64,000 nt of DNA. It comes from an uncultured bacterium. Lineage in GTDB: Bacteria > Chloroflexota > UBA5177 > JANWHV01. The notes beneath the pieces were generated by a model. The model did no database searches. It had not been told where the DNA came from and was given only the letters and a program-made list of their open reading frames with translations. Shown in pieces: positions 28,660-38,429 of the stretch (positions are counted from its first letter, which is position 1; every line of letters begins with the position of its first letter). Location: assembly GCA_963827235.1 (NCBI GenBank), contig CAWHAE010000018.1:320001-384000 (forward strand). The letters run 5' to 3'. The translations under genes were made by a program, and so were the position numbers.

Positions 28660-29656
28660 CGCCTTCGGACTCCACCGGGACCTCCACATTCTGCAGACAC
28701 GCCGCCACGATGGCCTCGGGTCCGCCGCCCTGTAGCTGCGCGGCTGGGGCGAGGATCAGGCGGTGCTCGAGCACCGGCCGCGCCAGAGCTTTGATATCGT
28801 CGGGCAGCACGAAGGCACGGCCCTGGAGCGCCGCGCGGGCACGGGCGGTGCTCGCAAGGGCCAGCGTTGCCCGAGGACTGGCACCCAGCTCAACGTCGGC
28901 ATGCGCACGAGTAGCGCGAACCAGGCGCACGGCGTAGTCGAGCACGGCATCGCTCAGGTGTATTTGCTGGACCTGCGCCATGAGCGGCGCGAGGGCAGCG
29001 GCCTCCAGGCTTGGTCGCAGCTCAGCCAGCGGCTCGCGGCCGCTGAAACGGCGCACGATTGCTGCTTCCTCCTCCTGGCTGGGGTAGCCCAGGCGCAGCT
29101 TCAGCAGGAAGCGGTCGAGTTGCGCCTCGGGCAGAGGATAGGTGCCTTCCAGCTCCACCGGATTCTGCGTGGCAAGCACCAGGAAGGGGCGCGGCAGCAG
29201 GCGGGTCTCGCCCTCCGCCGTTACCTGCCGCTCTTCCATAGCTTCCAGCAGGGCCGATTGGGTACGTGGCGTGGCGCGATTGATCTCGTCCGCCAGCAGT
29301 ACGTTTGCGAACACCGGGCCGGGACGATACTCAAACTCGGTCGACTTCTGGTTGAATACCGCCACGCCGGTAACGTCCGAGGGAAGCAGGTCGGGCGTGC
29401 ATTGGATGCGGCGGAAGGTACAACCGAGGCTGCGCGCCAGGCTCTTGGCAAGCATGGTCTTGCCTACGCCGGGCACATCCTCGAGCAGCACGTGCCCTTC
29501 ACAGAGCAGAGCAACAAGCAGCAGATCGATCGTGGCTTCCTTGCCCACGATCACGCGCGAGACGCTCTCGCGCACCGGGGCCAGGGCCCGGACAAGCCCG
29601 GAATCGAGGACGCTCACCTTCCGCAGATCCTCGATCACGTCTTTACTGCTCTCCAT
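28649..29656 (-). CDS. MoxR family AAA+ ATPase
   Basis: HVLLEDVPGVGKT, RIQCTPDLLPSD, LADEINRA, EGTYPLPEAQLDRF. Confidence 0.95.
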   Translation of the reverse strand: MESSKDVIEDLRKVSVLDSGLVRALAPVRESVSRVIVGKEATIDLLLVALLCEGHVLLEDVPGVGKTMLAKSLARSLGCTFRRIQCTPDLLPSDVTGVAVFNQKSTEFEYRPGPVFANVLLADEINRATPRTQSALLEAMEERQVTAEGETRLLPRPFLVLATQNPVELEGTYPLPEAQLDRFLLKLRLGYPSQEEEAAIVRRFSGREPLAELRPSLEAAALAPLMAQVQQIHLSDAVLDYAVRLVRATRAHADVELGASPRATLALASTARARAALQGRAFVLPDDIKALARPVLEHRLILAPAAQLQGGGPEAIVAACLQNVEVPVESEGDGP

Positions 29657-30059
29657 AGAACAAGAAAGCCCCTGACCTGGGCGCAGGTGCCAGACGGAAG
29701 CCGGCAGGCTAAGGGCAAGCCAAGCCCGGGCCCCACAGTGCAGCGAAGGCGCACTCGATGCGCCAGGATTCATCCCGGGGAGTCTCCGGGTCCCCGCTCG
29801 CGGGTGCCGCCAGGCGCGGGGCTCACTCCGCCCAAGCGGGTTCCACCTTGGTTTGGGTATAGTCTCAGGCCGCTCATGACGAGCTTCACGACAGCGGCGC
29901 CCAGCCTCTTCGCCTCAACAGTACAGCCGCGAGCTGGCACCGTCAACGAGGTCGCGCCGGCGGCAGGGGAGATTCAGCGACCTCGCTCTCGCGGCCTCGA
30001 TATCCTCGTCGTCTTGCCCCGGCATACTCGCCGGCCGGAAACAGGACCGTGCGACGCAC

Positions 30060-30112
30060 TTGACTGAACGTTCAATCAAGCGTAGAATCGCCTTGATTGA
30101 ACGTTCAGTCGA
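30060..30112 (+). promoter_or_regulatory. Sigma70 promoter with two tandem palindromic TetR operators
   Basis: TTGACT (30060), 17 bp, TAGAAT (30083); ttgactgaacgttcaatcaa (30060-30079) and ttgattgaacgttcagtcga (30093-30112). Confidence 0.85.
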
Positions 30113-30121
30113 GGTGGGACA

Positions 30122-30757
30122 ATGGCAGAGGATACGGACCGGCGTGGACAGATTCTCGGCGCTGCCTTCGACCAGTTCGCGGAGCACGGCTTCCGCGGCG
30201 CCACGATCAAGGGAATCGCCAAAGCTGCCGGACTGCAGTCGGCCGCCCTCATCTACTGGTATTTCCCCACGAAAGAGGCGCTGTTCCAGAGCGTCATCGA
30301 GCGGAATCTGCCCTTTCTGCAGCTCATGACCGATCCGGCGCCGCTTCTGGATCGCCCGCCCCAGGAAGCACTGCCGATCATCGCGCGCACCTACCTCGCC
30401 AGCTTCGAACGGCCGCTGGCGCGTCGCCTGGCGCGCCTGATCCTTCCGGAGATGCTGCACCGGCCGGAGCTGGCAGAGGCTATCGCCGGTCGCTTCGTGG
30501 GGCGCGTGCTTGGTTTTCTTTCGACGTACCTGTCACACCAGGTCAGCCTCAACCGGCTTCGCCCCCACGACGTGCGCTCGAGCGCGCGCGTCTTTATCGG
30601 CATGCTGGCGCCGCAGGCGCTGCTGACCGTGGCACTGCCCTCGATAGCGAAAACAGATGGTCTGACGAACGAGGAGCACATTTCGACGGCGGTCCGGATC
30701 TTCCTCGACGGTCTCTCGACCGACAATGGGAACGACCAGGGGCCGCGCGCCGGGTAG
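30122..30757 (+). CDS. TetR/AcrR family regulator
   Basis: ILGAAFDQFAEHGFRGATIKGIAKAAG..IYWYFPTKEALF. Confidence 0.92.
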   Translation: MAEDTDRRGQILGAAFDQFAEHGFRGATIKGIAKAAGLQSAALIYWYFPTKEALFQSVIERNLPFLQLMTDPAPLLDRPPQEALPIIARTYLASFERPLARRLARLILPEMLHRPELAEAIAGRFVGRVLGFLSTYLSHQVSLNRLRPHDVRSSARVFIGMLAPQALLTVALPSIAKTDGLTNEEHISTAVRIFLDGLSTDNGNDQGPRAG

Positions 30758-30763
30758 GAGCAC

Positions 30764-31636
30764 ATGATGGCTGAGCACGCGATCACGGTTCAGGAGGTGA
30801 CCAAACACTACGGCTCCCTCCACGCGCTGGGCGGCATTAGCCTCGACGTGCCGAGAGGGCTGTTGTTCGGCCTGCTGGGACCGAACGGTGCCGGAAAGTC
30901 GACCCTGATCAAGGCGCTGGTCGGCGCTCTGCGCCCCACGGCAGGCGCGATCCGGGTGCTCGGACTGGATCCCATGCGCAACCGCTCCGCGCTCCGCGAG
31001 CAGATCGGCTACATGCCCCAATCCACCGCCCTGTACCAGGACCTCTCCGCACGCGACAACGTCGCCTTCTTCGGCAAGGCGCACCGCACGCTCGATCTGA
31101 ACCGCCGGGTCGACGAGGTTCTGACCCTCACCGAACTGTCGGGCCGCACAGACGAGCCCGTGCGCCAGTTCTCGGGCGGCATGCAGCGCCGGGTGTCCCT
31201 GGCATCGGCCATCGTGCACCAGCCGCCGATGATCTTCCTGGACGAGCCCACCGCCGCCGTCGATCCGGCTCTGCGGGCCCGCTTCTGGCAGAAGTTTCGC
31301 GACTTTGCCTCGCAGGGCACCACGCTGTTCATCAGCACGCACCTGATGGATGAAGCGATGCTCTGCGACCGCGTGGCGGTGATCCGGCGCGGCAAGCTCA
31401 TCGCCTGCGCGCCGCCGCGTGAGCTTCTGGCCCAGGGCACCACGCGCCTCACCGTCGTGCGGAGCGGTCGGGAAGTCCGCAGCACGATCGGCAGCAAACC
31501 GGAAGATCTGGCCGGCGCGCTCTATCCCTGTGGCCTGGCGCCGGACGTGGAGGCGATTGACGTAGACCCCGATTCCCTGGAGGCGGTGCTGCTCCGCCTG
31601 TTCGACCGGCAGGATGATGGAGGGCCCGACCAATGA
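30764..31636 (+). CDS. ABC-2 exporter ATP-binding protein
   Basis: GPNGAGKST, FSGGM, FLDEPT, H-loop. Confidence 0.93.
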   Translation: MMAEHAITVQEVTKHYGSLHALGGISLDVPRGLLFGLLGPNGAGKSTLIKALVGALRPTAGAIRVLGLDPMRNRSALREQIGYMPQSTALYQDLSARDNVAFFGKAHRTLDLNRRVDEVLTLTELSGRTDEPVRQFSGGMQRRVSLASAIVHQPPMIFLDEPTAAVDPALRARFWQKFRDFASQGTTLFISTHLMDEAMLCDRVAVIRRGKLIACAPPRELLAQGTTRLTVVRSGREVRSTIGSKPEDLAGALYPCGLAPDVEAIDVDPDSLEAVLLRLFDRQDDGGPDQ

Positions 31637-32370
31637 GACGAACCGTCGTCGTCGCCGCCCGCGTCCTCAAGCAATTGGCCCACGATCGCCGCCTGCTCCT
31701 GCTGTCTATCCTGGCGCCGCTGATCATCGTGTACTTCTTCAAGCTATTCTTCGATACCATGCCGCCCGGTTTTCCCGTCGCGCGCTACGCGATGCCCATC
31801 GACGCCTTTTTGGTCCACTTTCTTGCCTTCCTCCTCTGCGCGCTCGTCCTCGTGCAAGAGCGTACCGGCGGCACCCTGGAGCGCATGTTCATCAACGGCT
31901 ATCGTCGTGAGGAAGTGATCGGCGGCTACGTGCTGGGCTATCTGGGCCTGGCAACGCTGCAGGCCCTCGTGGCCCTGGTGGAGGCAGTCCTGCTCTTCAA
32001 CCTCCATTACTCCGCGGGCGTCTTCATGGCCCTGCTCCTCGTCGTCTGGCTTCTTGCCGTGGCGTCTGTCCTGCTCGGCATCTTCATCTCCACGTTTGCC
32101 CGGCACGAGGGACAGGTCTTTCCATTCATCCCGATGATCATCCTGCCCTCGGTCTTTCTCTCCGGCCTGCTGGTGTCGATTGACAAGCTGCCGGGCTGGG
32201 CGCAGCTACTGGGCCACCTGTTCCCGCTGTACTGGGCCAACAACGTGATCCAGGAGATCATCCTGCCGGCGGGCACACTGCAGAACCAGGCCGGCTCGCT
32301 CGCGGTCCTCTTCGCCTACAGTGTCGGGCTCCTGGCCCTGGCATCCCGCACCCTGAGCGAGGTGGAATAG
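31633..32370 (+). CDS. ABC-2 exporter permease
   Basis: ERTGGTLER, FLSG..LPGW; about 6 TM. Confidence 0.9.
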   Translation: MRRTVVVAARVLKQLAHDRRLLLLSILAPLIIVYFFKLFFDTMPPGFPVARYAMPIDAFLVHFLAFLLCALVLVQERTGGTLERMFINGYRREEVIGGYVLGYLGLATLQALVALVEAVLLFNLHYSAGVFMALLLVVWLLAVASVLLGIFISTFARHEGQVFPFIPMIILPSVFLSGLLVSIDKLPGWAQLLGHLFPLYWANNVIQEIILPAGTLQNQAGSLAVLFAYSVGLLALASRTLSEVE

Positions 32371-32572
32371 CCCCGCTTCGCAGGCGGGGAAGTGTCGAAG
32401 TGCTCGCCGCACCGGACACGGGCCCGTTCTTCAAGGCTCGCCGGCTGTAATTGCCCCATGCCGAGCTGGAAGGTGAAACACCACTCGAGGCCGAGAGCGG
32501 GCAGCATCCTGCCGGACTAATCATACATGTACACGAGCCCCGGCTCCCGTGGCCCGTGGTCTGCCCATGGCC

Positions 32573-33366
32573 TCAGGCGCGCGCCGCGGCGGAGAGCTCG
32601 GCCCGGGAGGCGCCCGTCATCATCGCCACCACGTCGTCCATGCTCTGCTCGTTCGGCCGGGCAATGCCCGCGCGCTTTCCCAGGCGCAGCACCTGGATGC
32701 GGTCGGCCACCTCGAAGACGTGCGGCAGGTTGTGGCTGATCAGGATGACGGGCACACCCCGTGCCTTCACCGCCCTGATCAGCTCAAGAACCATGCCGGA
32801 CTCCTTGACGCCGAGCGCTGCCGTCGGCTCGTCCATGATCACGACACGCTTGCCCCAGGAAACCGCCCTGGCCACCGCCACGCCCTGGCGCTGGCCGCCC
32901 GAGAGCGTCTCCACGGCCTGCCGCATGGAGCGCAGCCCGATTTGAGCGACGCCATGTGCTCGGCCGCTTCCTGGCGCATCCGCGGCTTGTCCAGGCTGCG
33001 CAAGAGCGAGCCCAGGGGCCCGCGCCGGCGCTCCTCGCGGCCGAGAAAGAGATTGCTGGCAATATCCAGCGCGGCAGCCAGGGCCAGGTCCTGGTACACC
33101 GTCTCGATGCCCTGGCGGCGGGCATCCATCGGGCTATGAAACACTACGTGCTGGCCGTCCATCAGTATCTCACCCTCATCTGGCTGGTAGGCGCCGGAGA
33201 GGACCTTGATCAGCGTCGACTTGCCGGCACCGTTGTCGCCCACCAGCGCCATGATCTCGTTCGGATACAATTCGAAGTCGACCTGCTCGAGTGCTACCAC
33301 GGAGCCGAAATGCTTGGAAACGCCGCGCGTCTGCAGTATGGGAGTGCGGCTAGTACCTTCGACCAT
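32573..33366 (-). pseudogene. Monosaccharide ABC ATP-binding protein (FrcA-like), frameshifted near 32942
   Basis: GDNGAGKST and VYQDLAL in one frame; LSGGQRQ and DEPTAALG in another; one extra A (CTC AAA [A]TC GGG CTG) restores LKIGLRSMRQ. Confidence 0.85.
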
Positions 33367-33398
33367 CGCCCACGTTCCTCCTGGGTAGATGCGAATGC

Positions 33399-34433
33399 TC
33401 ATCTGTTCCGGCGTCGCGTCGCCTGATCGAAGGCCACCGCGACGATCACCAGGATGCCGGTGGCGAACGTCTGCCACAAGGCGTCCACGTCCATCAGGGT
33501 CAGGCCGTTGCGTATCACGCCGACGATGACCGCCCCAATCAGGGAGCCGATCACGCTGCCGCGGCCGCCGAACAGGCTGGTGCCGCCGATCACGACGGCG
33601 GTGATGCTATCGAGATTGTCCGTCTGGCCGGCCAGCGGATCGCCGACGGTCGTGCGGCCAAGTACCAACAGGGCAGTGATGCCGTAAATCAGCCCGGCTA
33701 GCAGGTACACGGACAGGATCAACCGCGTCGTGTTGATACCGGTGAGCCGCGCCGCTTCGATGTTATTGCCGGTGGCGTACACGTGCTTGCCCCAGGCAGT
33801 CTGCGTCAGCGCGTACCAGACGACTATCAACACTCCGACCATCACCAGAGGACCCACCGGCACCTGCCTGTCGAAGAGCGTGAAATTGTTGCCGAAGATC
33901 GTCAGGCCGGAGGGAAGATTGGTCACCGATGCGCTGCCCGTGTACAGCAATGTGCTGGACGCCGCGATGTTTAGCATGCCGAGCGTGACGATGAAGGGTG
34001 GAAGCCGCACGAATGAGACGATGCCGCCGTTCACCAGGCCCAATCCACAGGCCAGGGCCAGCCCAACGATCACAGCCTCGGGAACTGGAATGCCGTACGC
34101 CCCACCCTGGCTGGCGTTTCCGGTCGCCAGCTTGGCCATCACCACGGAGGCGAATACCATGATCGCCCCGTTACTCAGGTCGATGCCGGCGGTAATAATG
34201 ATCAGCGTCTGGCCTATGGCGAGTGTACCGACCTCCATCACCTGGGTCATGACGTTGGAGATATTGCCGTACGTGAGAAAGACGGACTTCTCGAGTGAGA
34301 AGAAGATGATGAGCACGATCAACCCGGTGAGCGGGCCCAGAATCGGGATCCCGCGGTAGATGTCGATCACCGGACCTATGCGTTGGCGGACCCGGCCCAA
34401 CATGCTAGGCGTCGCGGACTGCTGAGCACTCAT
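33399..34433 (-). CDS. Monosaccharide ABC permease (FrcC/RbsC-like)
   Basis: AGIDLS, PPFIVTLG, AVVIGGTSLFGGRG. Confidence 0.93.
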   Translation of the reverse strand: MSAQQSATPSMLGRVRQRIGPVIDIYRGIPILGPLTGLIVLIIFFSLEKSVFLTYGNISNVMTQVMEVGTLAIGQTLIIITAGIDLSNGAIMVFASVVMAKLATGNASQGGAYGIPVPEAVIVGLALACGLGLVNGGIVSFVRLPPFIVTLGMLNIAASSTLLYTGSASVTNLPSGLTIFGNNFTLFDRQVPVGPLVMVGVLIVVWYALTQTAWGKHVYATGNNIEAARLTGINTTRLILSVYLLAGLIYGITALLVLGRTTVGDPLAGQTDNLDSITAVVIGGTSLFGGRGSVIGSLIGAVIVGVIRNGLTLMDVDALWQTFATGILVIVAVAFDQATRRRNR

Positions 34434-34526
34434 ATGCGCCGTCGCCGTATGCTAGCCATGCGTTTCAGCCTCCATATTACTGAGACCGACAATACTATGA
34501 AATGATCTCGCAACGCCGGCAAACAA

Positions 34527-34555
34527 GAAAGGACGGGCAGGTCGCCCGTCCTTTC
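34527..34555 (-). terminator. Intrinsic terminator / mRNA-stabilising hairpin after sugar SBP gene
   Basis: gaaaggacgggc-aggtc-gcccgtcctttc, 12-bp stem, followed by T-rich sequence (TTGTTT) on the minus strand. Confidence 0.7.
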
Positions 34556-34575
34556 CGCACTCAAGCTAGTGGAGT

Positions 34576-35583
34576 TTAGCCCCAGCAGTGGGCAAGGCCA
34601 AACGAGACCGGGCTCGACGGCACGTACGGCTGCGGCGCCGTGGTCACCAGGATCTCGCCAGTGTCGAGGAACGAGGGAATCTTCTTCCCCTGCGCAGCCT
34701 GGACAGCGTAGTCGACGCCCAGCTTGGCCATCTGGGCCGGGAATTGCATCACGTCGGTGCTGATCGTCCCGTCCTGCACGGCCTTGATGCCGCGGCATCC
34801 ACCATCCATGGCCACGATCTTGATCTTGCCCTGCAGGCCCTTGGCCTTGATGGCCACCGCGGCGCCGAGCGCGGCCGGCTCATTGATCGCCCACACGAGG
34901 TTCACATCGGGATGGGCGGTGAGGATGTTCTCCATCGATGTCTGGCCGGGGCCCTGCGCACCGTTGGTGACCTGGTCGCCGACCACGTACTGCTTGGCAT
35001 TGACGCCGAAACCGGCCAGGAAGCCGCCCATGCGGTCGGTATTCACCTCACTGCCGGGCGTTCCCTCGAGCAGCGCGATCTTCGGTGTGATGTCGTTGTC
35101 ATTGAAGTACTTGCGAGCCCACAGACCGTTCAGCACGCCCGCCTCGTAGTTGTCGGTGGCGTAGAACGCGGTGGTTGCGCTCTGCGGATCGGTCGCCGTG
35201 TCGAGCGCGATGATCGTCACCCCCTTGGCTTCCGCTGCTTTGACGGCAGGCACGATCGCTGCTGACACGCTGGGTATGAGCACGATCGCCTTCGCACCGG
35301 AGGTCACGAGGTCCTGGATTTGAGAGATCTGGGTCGCGGTGTCGCCGTCGTACTTGCCGGCCTCGTAGACGAGTGTCACCCCGAGCTTCTTGGCCTCGGC
35401 CTTGGCGACCGGCTCCATGGCCACGAAATACGGATTGATCAGCGTCTTGACGAGGTACCCGACGGTGATGGACGCTTTCGCACGGTTCGCGTGCGCGCTA
35501 TTCGCCAGGGGTGCGCTGGAAACGAGAGCAGATGCCAGGGCAACAACGCAGATGGATCGTACAACTCTCGAAGAAATGCGCAT
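34576..35583 (-). CDS. Monosaccharide ABC substrate-binding protein (FrcB-like)
   Basis: KTLINPYF, AGKYDGD, ATDNYEAG, INEPAA, DGGC, MQFP. Confidence 0.9.
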   Translation of the reverse strand: MRISSRVVRSICVVALASALVSSAPLANSAHANRAKASITVGYLVKTLINPYFVAMEPVAKAEAKKLGVTLVYEAGKYDGDTATQISQIQDLVTSGAKAIVLIPSVSAAIVPAVKAAEAKGVTIIALDTATDPQSATTAFYATDNYEAGVLNGLWARKYFNDNDITPKIALLEGTPGSEVNTDRMGGFLAGFGVNAKQYVVGDQVTNGAQGPGQTSMENILTAHPDVNLVWAINEPAALGAAVAIKAKGLQGKIKIVAMDGGCRGIKAVQDGTISTDVMQFPAQMAKLGVDYAVQAAQGKKIPSFLDTGEILVTTAPQPYVPSSPVSFGLAHCWG

Positions 35584-35889
35584 GGAGTCTTCCTTTCCAC
35601 TCTCAAGGAACGACTTCTCCGCCATCACCGGCACTCGATCCGCTGCGGGGACGATCGCCTCGCGACAGCGGAGACACTACCGGGAGCATGGTCCCCAGTT
35701 AGTGACTGCCCACGTCTGTCACTATGAGGATGTGCAGCGCTTGTGACTCACCCCCTTTCAGTCAATTGCCGTTTCGACGCCAATACGAACAGGAGGCGGT
35801 GGATCGCTTGTTTGACACAATCAATTGCTGTCACAATGTATCTGCACAGTAGCACGGCGCCCACTATTGGTCAAGCAAGGGCAGGTTCG

Positions 35890-37179
35890 ATGGCCCAGGT
35901 CGGCCGGGGATCGCATCGCCCGCTCGTCGGCATGAACAGTGCCACGATCCGCCAGCAGAATCGCTCGGCGGTATTCGAGGCTATCCGCCACTACGCGCCG
36001 ATCTCGCGCAAAATGCTGGCCGGCCACACCGGCCTCAATCCGGCAACCGTGACCCACATCGTCGACGAGCTGCTCGCCGCCGATCTGGTTCAGGAGTCGA
36101 ACACGCGCAACGCCGTTCCGGCGCCGCAGCGAACGAGCGGCCGCAGGGAGATCGGGCTCTCAATCAATCCCGACGCCTGTTACCTCGTCGGCGTCAATCT
36201 CACCCGCACGCGAACCATCGTCGTGGTCACCAATCTTGCAGCCGAGATCGTGGCCAGCGAGCGCTTCGAAGTCTCGCTCTCGCACAGCAGTGACATGTGC
36301 GTGGACCGGGTAACAGGCATGATCGAGCTGGCAATCGCGCGATCGGGCGTGCCCCGCTCGCGCCTGCGCGGCATCGGCGTCGGAGCGCCCGGCCCGCTCA
36401 ACACGAGAACGGGTACGATTCTTGCCAACACCTTCGAAGGGTGGGTCGGCGTTCCCTTGAAAGCGCTGCTGGAAGAGCGGTTTGGCCTGCCCGTGGCCAT
36501 CGACAACGACGCGAATACGGCGGCTCTGGCCGAACAGTGGTTCGGAGGCGGCAAGGAGCTCTCGAACTTCGCCTTCGTGGCCGTCGGCGCGGGAGTCGGA
36601 GCGGGGATCATCGTCGACGGCCACCTCTTCCAGGCCGGCAGCGATCTCAATCCTGAGTTCGGCCACACCACCGTGCAGGTCGACGGACCTCGTTGCGCCT
36701 GTGGCAACCGTGGCTGCCTCGAAGTGTGCATCGCCACTCCCCACCTCGTGCGACGCACGATCGAGGCGATGCGTCGTGGAGAGGCCAGCATCCTCGAGCC
36801 GCTCGCGCCTGCCGCGCGGCGATCGAGCGTGCCGCCCGATCCGTTGCACGAGGACTTTGATGCGCTGACGCCCGAGATCATCTGGGCGGCCGTCGAGGCG
36901 GGCGATGCGCTGGCGACGTCGATCGTGCGCGATGCCACGACATACCTTGCCGGCGGTCTGGTAAACCTGGTAGCCCTCTTTCATCCCTCGGCCATCTTCA
37001 TCGGTCACGATATGGCGGGAGCAGGCCCGCGCACGTTCGCGATGCTGCGCGAGGCGCTGACCGACCGTGGTGTGCCGGAAGCTGTCCAGGTGCTGCCTTC
37101 CAAGGTCGGCGATTCCATTCCGGCGCTCGGCGCCGTGACGCTGGCCCTGCGCGAGCTCTTCTGCGCGCCCGGCCTCTAG
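35890..37179 (+). CDS. ROK family transcriptional regulator
   Basis: N-terminal HTH; NDAN; EFGHTT..CACGNRGCLE; start uncertain (35890 or 35932). Confidence 0.92.
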   Translation: MAQVGRGSHRPLVGMNSATIRQQNRSAVFEAIRHYAPISRKMLAGHTGLNPATVTHIVDELLAADLVQESNTRNAVPAPQRTSGRREIGLSINPDACYLVGVNLTRTRTIVVVTNLAAEIVASERFEVSLSHSSDMCVDRVTGMIELAIARSGVPRSRLRGIGVGAPGPLNTRTGTILANTFEGWVGVPLKALLEERFGLPVAIDNDANTAALAEQWFGGGKELSNFAFVAVGAGVGAGIIVDGHLFQAGSDLNPEFGHTTVQVDGPRCACGNRGCLEVCIATPHLVRRTIEAMRRGEASILEPLAPAARRSSVPPDPLHEDFDALTPEIIWAAVEAGDALATSIVRDATTYLAGGLVNLVALFHPSAIFIGHDMAGAGPRTFAMLREALTDRGVPEAVQVLPSKVGDSIPALGAVTLALRELFCAPGL

Positions 37180-37413
37180 CGGCAGTCGGACGCACATGGG
37201 CCGTGCTCATCCACCCTCCTTCCTCATGGTTGAACCGTATTGGCGCTAGACCCGTTTCGCGCGTCCACTCAGCCTTCCGGCGGGTGTCTCTCGGTGCTCG
37301 GAAGCAGATACTGCACCCCAACCGAGATGGTCGTGGTCCGGAGCAGAGGGCGGCTGGTCGTTCGCTTCTGCGCCGGGCCGGTATTCACGGTGGAGTGAAG
37401 GAGAGTAACCGTT

Positions 37414-37564
37414 ATGTGTCTCGACTGTGGTTGTCACAAGCCCAACGAAACGCATGGTGATGACAGGCATATCACCATGCAAGACCTCGAGCAGGCCGCG
37501 CAGGCGTCGAATACGTCGGTACCCGGGGTGGCGAGCCGCCATCCGACCAGCGTACTCCAAGTAG
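37414..37564 (+). CDS. Small CxxCxC/His protein (~50 aa), probably frameshifted near its 3' end
   Basis: AAGGAG RBS; MCLDCGCHKPNETHGDDRHITMQDLEQAAQAS; the read-through frame runs antisense into the next gene, while another frame ends AYSK-TAG at 37564. Confidence 0.6.
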
Positions 37565-37587
37565 AGGTGGGAAGATCGCGGGCGCAT

Positions 37588-38385
37588 TCACTCCGTCCCC
37601 GGCACACGGGCCGGCTCACGCGAGGCCTGGCGCAGGACCGCAAGCGAGCCGCCCTGCAAGGCCAGCGCGATAGCCAAAGCCAGCGTGAACGCCGGCCCAA
37701 CCCCCGCGCGCACCACCAACGTCGCCACCACGAAGTGAAACCCAACACAGCCGACAAGCCCGGCCGTCATGCCTCGCAGGACCAGCTTCGCGGCAGATGC
37801 ACCGCGCTGGCGATGGGCGAACACGGCCAAGATGGTAGCGTAGACGGGAAACGACGACAGCAGACCGGTGAGCCGCGGCCCGAGCGCCGACGCCACGCTG
37901 GTCAGAAGCAATACGAGAAACGTCGCGGCCGCCATTCGCGCCGGCACGTCCCATGGCGGCGGCCTGGTGCCTCCATCCCATGAAGTTGATCCCTGCGGCA
38001 TGATTCTCAATCCGGCACCAATGACCAGGACGACAAACAGCACGGCCGGCCAGGCGCTGAGAGCGGCCGACTGAAGCGCGATCACGACGACGGCGAAGGC
38101 AAGGTATCCGGCGGCCAGGGACAACTGCCAACCTCCGCGATCGGCCAGCCACATATAAGCGAGGCTGTAGGCGACCAGCGACAGCGTGGCGAACATCATG
38201 GCAGTCGCGGCGCTGGCCGCGAACGACGGCCCGTGTGTCAGTGCAAGCACGAACACGACGGGTCCGGACGTCAGCGGAAGCCCGATCAGGGAGCCGCTTA
38301 CGGCCGGACCCCAGCGCCGGCCGGCAAGAGTCGCTGAGCCGATGAGCACCGGAGTGAGTAGTAGCTTGAGGACCAACGTATACAT
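37588..38385 (-). CDS. Integral membrane protein of unknown function
   Basis: About 8 TM; two related halves (RRWGPAVSGSLIGLP / ALGPRLTGLLSSFP). Confidence 0.8.
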   Translation of the reverse strand: MYTLVLKLLLTPVLIGSATLAGRRWGPAVSGSLIGLPLTSGPVVFVLALTHGPSFAASAATAMMFATLSLVAYSLAYMWLADRGGWQLSLAAGYLAFAVVVIALQSAALSAWPAVLFVVLVIGAGLRIMPQGSTSWDGGTRPPPWDVPARMAAATFLVLLLTSVASALGPRLTGLLSSFPVYATILAVFAHRQRGASAAKLVLRGMTAGLVGCVGFHFVVATLVVRAGVGPAFTLALAIALALQGGSLAVLRQASREPARVPGTE

Positions 38386-38429
38386 TGTTCTGCCGATGCC
38401 CAGCCTCTCGATCGCCCAACTGCCCTCGC

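Noticed and set aside
29915-30025. Short minus-strand ORF MPGQDDEDIEAAR...
   Set aside because: No motif or clear RBS; unsupported
32930-32950. Programmed ribosomal frameshift in the sugar ABC ATPase
   Set aside because: No slippery heptamer or stimulatory element; a simple homopolymer deletion explains it
35700-35835. ROK operator candidates (tagtgac-N11-gtcacta; tgaca-N11-tgtca)
   Set aside because: The TGAC..GTCA spacing differs between the two sites and the arms are short; not convincing
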